32,000 nucleotides of DNA, from assembly GCF_042660085.1 (NCBI RefSeq), contig NZ_JBHSTI010000008.1, positions 420,001 to 452,000 of the forward strand. Direction: 5' to 3'. The notes beneath the pieces were generated by a model that did not search any database, had not been told where the DNA came from, and worked only from the letters and a program-made list of their open reading frames with translations. A program made the translations under genes and the position numbers. How positions within the stretch are numbered: position 1 is the first letter of the stretch; each line of letters opens with the position of its first letter. This document shows, in pieces, positions 24,841 to 32,000 of the stretch. The DNA is from Longivirga aurantiaca. Its GTDB lineage: Bacteria > Actinomycetota > Actinomycetes > S36-B12 > CAIYMF01.

Positions 24841-25617
24841 CTACGTCAGGGTGGCGTGGAAGCGCAGGCGGACGTAGTCGGCGGACCAGCCGTCCGGGGT
24901 GAGCAGGCCGAGCGTGCGGGCGTGGCCGTCGACGGCTGCCTCGAACTCGGCCCGGCGCTCGGCAGGGACGTCCTGCACGAGGCGTGCGCCGAACATCGCG
25001 GCCCAGCCGGCCGTGGTGACGCCGTCGGCGAGCGGTGTCGGTCGGTCGATCAGCGCGATGCTGCGCACGGTGAAGCCGTGGCGCTCGAGGCGCGCGGCCT
25101 GGTCGCCGGGCGAGGGGAAGGTCCAGCTGCTCGGCAGGTCCGGATCGAGGCCGACCGCGGCGCGCCCGGCGCGGATCGCCTCGGTCGTGCGCGCGACGTT
25201 CCTGAGGCCGCCCATCTCGACCGCGAGCCGCCCGCCGGGGCGCAGCACCTGCGCGATGCCGTCGATGACGTCGTCCTGGCGCGGCATCCAGTGCAGCGCC
25301 GCGTTCGACAGCACCGCGTCGAACGCCCCGCCCGAGGCCGCACGCAGCGCGTCGGAGTCCTGGGCGTCGACCTGCGCGAACCGCACCTCGGGATGCTCGG
25401 CCCGGGCGATCTCGAGCATCGCGGCGTCGCTGTCGACGCCCACCACGTCCGCTCCGAGGGCCGCGAGGGCCGCGGCCTGATGCCCTGTGCCGCACCCGAT
25501 GTCGAGGATCCGCTCACCGGGCTGCGCGGCGAGGACGTCGAGGAGCACGTCGCCGTACGCCGTCACGAACGAGAAGTCGGAGTCGTACGCCGTCGCGTCC
25601 CACTGCTGCGCTGCCAT
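24841..25617 (-). CDS. Class I SAM-dependent methyltransferase (Tam-like)
   Basis: Motif I RILDIGCGTGHQAAAL and post-I VVGVDSD. The N-terminal WDATAYDSDFSFV resembles trans-aconitate-methyltransferase-like proteins. Length is 258 aa. Confidence 0.85.
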   Translation of the reverse strand: MAAQQWDATAYDSDFSFVTAYGDVLLDVLAAQPGERILDIGCGTGHQAAALAALGADVVGVDSDAAMLEIARAEHPEVRFAQVDAQDSDALRAASGGAFDAVLSNAALHWMPRQDDVIDGIAQVLRPGGRLAVEMGGLRNVARTTEAIRAGRAAVGLDPDLPSSWTFPSPGDQAARLERHGFTVRSIALIDRPTPLADGVTTAGWAAMFGARLVQDVPAERRAEFEAAVDGHARTLGLLTPDGWSADYVRLRFHATLT

Positions 25618-25707
25618 GGAGCGATCCTGGCGCAGCGTCCGTCATTCGGGACAGATCGTTTCGAATGCTGAGACGAATCGGGACGCGACCCGGCGTCGGA
25701 TGCCGCC

Positions 25708-26541
25708 TCAGTTGAGGCGGGCGCGGGCCTGGCGGGCGACGCGTCGGGCGTGCTCGGCCTCGAGCGGCATCGGGCCCTCGACGGTCTCGGCGTAGTCCTC
25801 GAGGACGCGCGACGCCTCGGCGTACCGGCCGACGCTGATGAGCGCCTCGCCGTGCTCGCGGCGCAGACCGAGGTCGTGGCGGGGGAGCAGCAGCGCGAGC
25901 TCGACCGCCCACAGCCGGTGCCAGGCGCGCTCGGGCGTGGTCGCCCAGGCGCGGATGTTGGTGAGGACACGGTCGAGGGTGTCGATGGGGTCGTGGGGCC
26001 GCAGGTGCTCGGGCTTCAGCGACCGGCCGGTGCGCTCGGCGATCGACCGCGCGGTGTCGTACGGCAGGAGCCGCCCGCCGGCGAACGGGTCGACGAGCAC
26101 GCGGTTGCCGTCGGGGTCGCCGACGCCGACGACGAAGTGGCCGGGGAGCCCCACGCCGTACGCCGGGACGTCGACCCGACGGGCGACCTCGGTCCAGACG
26201 CTCGACAGCAGGATCGGCAGCCCGCGCCGGTGCCGCAGCACGTCGGTGAGCAGGCTCGACTCGAGCCGCGCGTAGTCGGCCGACTCGCCGGAGAAGCCTC
26301 CGAGGGCCGCGCGCAGGCGCTGGTCGTCACGGCCGTCGTCGGGCACGCTCTCGGCGAGCGAGTCGAGATCGGCGACGCCGTGGGCCAGCAGCGCCTCGAG
26401 CGTCTCGCCGGACACGTCGTCGGGCAGCGCCTCGGCCGAGATGAGCAGCAGCGCCAGGTCGAGGCGCACGTCGGCCGGGTCACCCGCAGCACCGCCGAGC
26501 CGGACGACGTCGGCGAAGCGCTCGCGCGAGGCAGCACTCAT
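25708..26541 (-). CDS. Transglutaminase-like / SirB1-like protein with a helical-repeat C-terminus
   Basis: The core GLPILLSSVWTEVARRVDVPAYGVGLPGHFVVGV...VLVDPFAGG is typical of the SirB1/YchA transglutaminase-like family. The C-terminus is TPR-like. The start is ATG 26541 or GTG 26559. Confidence 0.7.
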   Translation of the reverse strand: MSAASRERFADVVRLGGAAGDPADVRLDLALLLISAEALPDDVSGETLEALLAHGVADLDSLAESVPDDGRDDQRLRAALGGFSGESADYARLESSLLTDVLRHRRGLPILLSSVWTEVARRVDVPAYGVGLPGHFVVGVGDPDGNRVLVDPFAGGRLLPYDTARSIAERTGRSLKPEHLRPHDPIDTLDRVLTNIRAWATTPERAWHRLWAVELALLLPRHDLGLRREHGEALISVGRYAEASRVLEDYAETVEGPMPLEAEHARRVARQARARLN

Positions 26542-26610
26542 GTGCCGATCGTGACCCACGCCGCCCGGATCGGCACGTCACGGCCCCCGGCGTGTCCCAC
26601 CCCGCACGCC

Positions 26611-26665
26611 GAGACTGATCGATCCGTTGCTTCCGGGCCCGAGAAACGACGGATCGATCAGTCTC
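26611..26665 (-). terminator. Strong hairpin downstream of the GNAT gene
   Basis: Perfect 17-bp stem GAGACTGATCGATCCGT / ACGGATCGATCAGTCTC with a 21-nt loop. It begins 12 nt past the GNAT stop codon (26678-26680). Confidence 0.6.
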
Positions 26666-26677
26666 AGCGGAGGGGCG

Positions 26678-27685
26678 TCAGCGGGAGGAGATCGGTCCGG
26701 GGGAGCGGTAGACGTACGTGTGGTGCAGCACGAGGCCGAGCCGCGCGTAGAGGGCGATCGCGGGCTCGTTGGCGGCCATCACCTGCAGGTACGTCGACGG
26801 CGCTCCTACGGCTGCCGCCCAGCGCCCGAGCTCGCCCATGACCGCGGTGCCCAGCCCGCGTCGGCGCGCGTGCTCGGCGACCGCCACGCTCGTGACGCCG
26901 GCCCAGCGCCCAGCGGGGGACGACGCCGTGCTCGCCCGGCCGGCGGCGAGGAGGCCGCCGTCGGTGCCGCGCAGCGCCACGAACACGCGCTCGGCGGGCG
27001 CGGCGAGGATCCGTGCCAGCCCCTCCGGGTCGAGGGAGGGCTCGACGAGGGCCAGCAGCTCCGGCGACGGGTCCGCCGAGAGCTCGGCCCCGACCCCGTC
27101 GGGCACCGGCCCGCAGGCAGCCACGAGGTCGGCGGTCGGCACCGTGCGCAGCGTCGTACGGCGGGCCGGCGTCCAGCCGAGGCGCTCGAGGTCGTCGTCC
27201 CAGAGGCTGGGCTCGGGCAGCTGCAGGATCGCCGGCAGGCTGCGCTCGGCGTACCAGGCCGACACGTGCGCCAGAGCGTCCTCGAGCGGTACCCCGGGGT
27301 CTCCGACCACCCGGACGGAGTTGGCGCGGCCGGTGAGGCCGCCCGAGGCGCGCAGCTCCCACTCTCCGAGGGAGGCCGTCTCGAACGGCGGCCAGCCCGC
27401 CTGCGCCACCCGCTGCATCGCGGTGGCCGACAGCTCGGGGGTCACGACCTTGGCCGCCACCACGTCCCGCGCGGCCACGGCGACGACCTCGCCCGTACGC
27501 CGCTCCACGCGCAGCACGCCGTCGGCCCAGGAGCGCAGGACGCCGACCACGTCGGTCAGCTGCGAGCCGTCGATGCGGTGCCGGACGGTGACGCGTCGGC
27601 CGACGTCGGAGGGGCTGATCCGGACGGCGAGGAGGGCCGCCGGGCGCCCGCCGGCCGTCCGGACCTGCTCGTCGCGGGACGACAT
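26678..27685 (-). CDS. GNAT family N-acetyltransferase with an N-terminal beta-rich (SH3-like) extension
   Basis: This is the last 335 codons of the 895-aa track ORF, starting at the ATG (MSSRDEQ) at 27685. The acetyl-CoA motif region is VAVAEHARRRGLGTAVMGEL...YLQVMAANEPAIALYARLGLV. Confidence 0.8.
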   Translation of the reverse strand: MSSRDEQVRTAGGRPAALLAVRISPSDVGRRVTVRHRIDGSQLTDVVGVLRSWADGVLRVERRTGEVVAVAARDVVAAKVVTPELSATAMQRVAQAGWPPFETASLGEWELRASGGLTGRANSVRVVGDPGVPLEDALAHVSAWYAERSLPAILQLPEPSLWDDDLERLGWTPARRTTLRTVPTADLVAACGPVPDGVGAELSADPSPELLALVEPSLDPEGLARILAAPAERVFVALRGTDGGLLAAGRASTASSPAGRWAGVTSVAVAEHARRRGLGTAVMGELGRWAAAVGAPSTYLQVMAANEPAIALYARLGLVLHHTYVYRSPGPISSR

Positions 27686-27700
27686 GCTGCGACCCCTTCG

Positions 27701-27728
27701 TAGACATGGTTCGGTGGGTCGGGATACT
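27701..27728 (+). promoter_or_regulatory. Candidate sigma-70-type promoter for fdxA
   Basis: TAGACA, a 16-nt spacer, then GATACT, in the 117-nt divergent gap between the GNAT gene and fdxA. This is a pattern match only. Confidence 0.25.
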
Positions 27729-27802
27729 AGGCGGCAGGCCCCGCCGCTACCGTGGCCAGCACCGTTCGTCGTCAGCACGTGGATCGGAAGGATCCGGAAC
27801 AC

Positions 27803-28132
27803 ATGACCTACGTCATCGCGCAGCCCTGCGTCGACCTCAAGGACAAGGCGTGCGTCGAGGAGTGCCCCGTCGACTGCATCTACGAGGGCGACCGGATGCT
27901 CTACATCCACCCCGACGAGTGCGTCGACTGCGGCGCCTGTGAGCCCGTCTGCCCCGTGGAGGCGATCTTCTACGAGGACGACGTCCCGGCGCAGTGGAAG
28001 GACTACACCGCGGCCAACGCGGAGTTCTTCGACGACCTCGGCTCGCCCGGCGGCGCCGCCAAGCACGGCCTGATCGCCAAGGACGCCGCGATCGTCTCGG
28101 CGCTCGAGCCGCAGGAGCACGAGGGCCACTGA
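27803..28132 (+). CDS. fdxA: 7Fe ferredoxin (3Fe-4S plus 4Fe-4S)
   Basis: MTYVIAQPCVDLKDKACVEECPVDCIY...CVDCGACEPVCPVEAI is the classic CxxxxxxCxxxCP / CxxCxxCxxxCP pattern. GGAAGGA lies 10 nt upstream of the ATG. Confidence 0.94.
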   Translation: MTYVIAQPCVDLKDKACVEECPVDCIYEGDRMLYIHPDECVDCGACEPVCPVEAIFYEDDVPAQWKDYTAANAEFFDDLGSPGGAAKHGLIAKDAAIVSALEPQEHEGH

Positions 28133-28222
28133 GCCCCGTTCCACCCCCTCGCACGTCCGACGCGCCGTCGCCCCCGCGGGTGACGGCGCGTCGTGCGTCC
28201 CCCGTCGTACGTGAGGATCCGC

Positions 28223-29317
28223 ATGACCCGCCTGGCCGACCGGCTGCCCGACTTCCCGTGGGACAGGCTCGCGCCGTACGGCGAGGTCGCGCGCTCGCAC
28301 CCCGGCGGCATCGTCAACCTGTCGGTGGGCACGCCGGTCGACCCGGTGCCGGCCGTCGTGCAGGAGGCCCTCGCCGCGGCCACCGACTGGCCCGGCTACC
28401 CCACCAACTGGGGCACCCCGGCGCTGCGCGACGCGATCTGCCGCTGGGCGGGCCGGACGCTGCACGCCGACCTCGACCACGCCAACGTGCTGCCGACCGT
28501 CGGCTCCAAGGAGCTCGTGTCGCTGCTGCCGCTGCTGCTCGGGTTGGGGGCCGACGACACCGTCGTGATCCCGGAGATCGCGTACCCGACGTACGACATC
28601 GGCGCCCGCATCTCGGGGAGCCGGATCGTGGTGTCGGACTCGACCCTCGCGCTCGGGCCGGAGCGCGTGTCGCTGGTGTGGCTCAACACGCCCAGCAACC
28701 CGACCGGCCGGGTGCTCGGCGTCGAGCATCTTGCGAAGGTCGTGGAGTGGGCGCGCTCGCGGGGCGCGGTCGTGGCGAGCGACGAGTGCTACTTCGAGCT
28801 CGGGTGGGACGCCGAGCCCGTGTCGATCCTCGACCCGCGTGTCAACGGCGGTTCGCTCGAGGGCGTGCTCGCCGTGCATTCGCTGTCGAAGCGGTCGAAC
28901 CTCGCCGGCTACCGCGAGGGCTTCGTGCTCGGCGACCCGGCGATCGTGGGCTCGCTGCTCGAGGCTCGCAAGCACATGGGCCTCATGGTGCCGGGGCCGG
29001 TGCAGGACGCCTCGATCGCGGCGCTGGACGACGACGTCCACGTGGCCGAGCAGCGGGCCCGGTACGGCGCCCGGCGCCTGCGGCTTCGGCGCGCGCTGGA
29101 GTCGGCGGGGTTCACGATCGAGCACTCCGAGGCCGGCCTCTACCTCTGGTCGACGCGCGGCGAGAACTGCTGGGACACCGTCCGCTGGCTGTCCGAGCGG
29201 GGCATCCTGGTCGCGCCCGGCGAGTTCTACGGCGCCGCGGGGCACCTGTTCGTGCGCATCGCGCTCACCGAGACCGACGAGCGCATCGACGCCGCCGTCG
29301 AGCGGCTCGCGATCTAG
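28223..29317 (+). CDS. dapC: Class I PLP aminotransferase, likely N-succinyldiaminopimelate aminotransferase
   Basis: N-terminus MTRLADRLPDFPWDRLAPY and PLP-lysine motif SLSKRSNLAGYR. It lies directly downstream of fdxA, as in other actinobacteria. The ATG at 28223 has GAGGA 5 nt upstream. Confidence 0.85.
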   Translation: MTRLADRLPDFPWDRLAPYGEVARSHPGGIVNLSVGTPVDPVPAVVQEALAAATDWPGYPTNWGTPALRDAICRWAGRTLHADLDHANVLPTVGSKELVSLLPLLLGLGADDTVVIPEIAYPTYDIGARISGSRIVVSDSTLALGPERVSLVWLNTPSNPTGRVLGVEHLAKVVEWARSRGAVVASDECYFELGWDAEPVSILDPRVNGGSLEGVLAVHSLSKRSNLAGYREGFVLGDPAIVGSLLEARKHMGLMVPGPVQDASIAALDDDVHVAEQRARYGARRLRLRRALESAGFTIEHSEAGLYLWSTRGENCWDTVRWLSERGILVAPGEFYGAAGHLFVRIALTETDERIDAAVERLAI

Positions 29318-29456
29318 CCGAGCCGGGTCGCCCGTCCGCCGTACGAGGCGTGTGCGCAGGGTCACGGAGACTCACGGGAGGGGGCTCCGTAGAGTGCGGG
29401 CAACGGACGCGCTCACGAGGCGCACCCGCTGACTCTCCCGACGTGCAGGAGGACCG

Positions 29457-30740
<1,284 letters not shown>

Positions 30741-30752
30741 CCTTCACGTGTG

Positions 30753-30957
30753 TGCCCTGAGGGTCGATCACGGCAGTTCAACCGCACTTCTTGACCCGAA
30801 CTCGGTCGCGTTCGCGCGCCCTGCCGTGATGAGGGGGTACGCCGTACCCGTGTCGGGGCCGGCGTGACCGGGGGCAGCCTCACTGTCCCCCGGGCTCCAA
30901 GATCACGAGGAGGGGTCGTCGGGCGTGGTTCAACTGCCCTGATCGACCCAAGGGGCA
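30753..30957. repeat. Long-range imperfect inverted repeat filling the gltA/dapD convergent gap
   Basis: GGGTCGATCACGGCAGTTCAACC (30761-30783) matches the reverse complement of GGTTCAACTGCCCTGATCGACCC (30927-30949) at 21 of 23 positions, and a further 5-bp match (TGCCC) flanks it. A third partial copy, CTGCCGTGAT, lies at 30821-30830. Internal hairpins occur at 30835-30849 and 30868-30893. Confidence 0.6.
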
Positions 30958-30964
30958 GAAATGG

Positions 30965-31894
30965 TCAGTCGTTGGCGTGCAGGTGCTCGTTGAGGGAGCC
31001 CCAGGCGCCGGAGCGCTGCCGGGCCTCGAGCGCGCCGGTCACGCTGTTGCGCCAGAACTGCAGCCCGTGCGCGCCGGAGAGGTCCTTGCCCTTGGCCACC
31101 GTGCCGTCGGGCAGCGTGATCTTCGACCCGCCCGTGACGTAGCAGCCGGCCTCGACCACGCAGTCGTCGCCGAGCGAGATGCCGACTCCGGCGTTCGCGC
31201 CGACGAGGCAGCGCTCGCCGATCGTGACCACCTCCGTGCCGCCGCCGGACAGGGTGCCCATGATCGACGCGCCGCCGCCGACGTCCGACCCGTCGCCGAC
31301 GACGACGCCCGCCGAGATGCGGCCCTCGACCATCGACGCGCCGAGCGTGCCGGCGTTGAAGTTCACGAACCCCTCGTGCATCACGGTGGTGCCGCTCGCG
31401 AGGTGCGCGCCGAGGCGCACGCGGTCGGCGTCGGCGATGCGGACGCCGGACGGCACGACGTAGTCGACCATCCGCGGGAACTTGTCGACGCCGAACACCG
31501 TGAGGTAGCCGCCGCCGCGGCGTACGGACACCTGCACCTGGTTCAGGCGGTCGATCGCCACCGGGCCGAGCGAGGTCCACGCGACGTTGGTGAGCAGCCC
31601 GAAGACGCCGTCGAGCGAGATCGTGCGCGGCTGCACCAGGCGGTGCGAGAGCAGGTGCAGGCGCAGCCATGCATCGGCCGCGTCGACCGGTGCGACCGAC
31701 AGGTCGGCGATCGTGGTCGTCAGCGTGACCGTGCGGGTGCCGCGGACGTCGTCCACGCGCGTCACGTCGCCGAGCCCGGCCACGTCCGTCGGCGTCGCCG
31801 ACAGCGCCGGGGCCGGGTACCAGACGTCGAGCAGCGTGTCGCCGGCGTAGGTCGCGAGGCCGACGGCGGAGGCGGGGGAGGAGAGCAGCGTCAT
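30965..31894 (-). CDS. dapD: 2,3,4,5-tetrahydropyridine-2,6-dicarboxylate N-succinyltransferase
   Basis: Close resemblance to actinobacterial DapD: [60 protein letters not shown], and hexapeptide repeats [14 protein letters not shown]. The ATG at 31894 is preferred over the GTG at 31987. Confidence 0.93.
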   Translation of the reverse strand: MTLLSSPASAVGLATYAGDTLLDVWYPAPALSATPTDVAGLGDVTRVDDVRGTRTVTLTTTIADLSVAPVDAADAWLRLHLLSHRLVQPRTISLDGVFGLLTNVAWTSLGPVAIDRLNQVQVSVRRGGGYLTVFGVDKFPRMVDYVVPSGVRIADADRVRLGAHLASGTTVMHEGFVNFNAGTLGASMVEGRISAGVVVGDGSDVGGGASIMGTLSGGGTEVVTIGERCLVGANAGVGISLGDDCVVEAGCYVTGGSKITLPDGTVAKGKDLSGAHGLQFWRNSVTGALEARQRSGAWGSLNEHLHAND

Positions 31895-32000
31895 GCGGGC
31901 CAACCTACCGAGCGGGCACGCGACCACGCGGCCACGCGGCCAGGCGTCGCCAGGCGTCGGCGTTCCGCGAGGAGCTGTGGACTGCACTGCGTCCGTGACG

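Noticed and set aside
11303-27685. Interpretation of the central block as a mobile genomic island, prophage remnant or anti-phage defence island.
   Set aside because: I saw no integrase, transposase, tRNA attachment site, flanking direct repeats, nuclease/helicase/RT-type defence genes or visible GC drop. It is better described as a variable chromosomal interval.
27686-29365. N-terminal 560 residues of the 895-aa minus-strand ORF (26678-29365).
   Set aside because: This part is antisense to fdxA and dapC, both unmistakable. Only the last 335 codons, from the ATG at 27685, form a coherent GNAT protein with its own divergent promoter gap.

Overview
Very GC-rich, actinobacterial-type chromosomal segment (third codon positions are almost all G/C; a Micrococcales-like origin is only an inference). 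I can support 25 protein-coding genes. I saw no rRNA, tRNA, CRISPR array, transposase or integrase. Left part: the 3' end of typA, then a five-gene family-5 peptide (Opp/Dpp-type) ABC importer in an unusual order (permease C, lipoprotein SBP, permease B, ATPase, ATPase), a convergent S9 prolyl-oligopeptidase/DPP-IV-type peptidase, and mshB. Centre (about 11.3-27.7 kb): a block that looks lineage-specific. It holds a small lipoprotein and an atypical FtsH-like AAA+/M41 protease translationally coupled to a 4-TM protein. These are followed directly on the same strand by a compact chemosensory-like module: CheW, a 6-TM MCP without an ectodomain, a CheA-REC hybrid and a REC-GAF regulator. No CheR, CheB, stand-alone CheY or flagellar genes are in view. 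The block continues with a flavin reductase, a VanW-domain protein and a secreted 7x delta-60-repeat propeller protein, and on the minus strand a SAM methyltransferase, a transglutaminase-like/SirB1-like protein and a GNAT. Right part: housekeeping fdxA-dapC, gltA and convergent dapD. The FtsH-like plus Che-like gene string is the best candidate here for an undescribed system. Several strong hairpins and inverted repeats are also recorded. All domain calls come from motif recognition by eye; no database search or computation beyond hand counting was possible.
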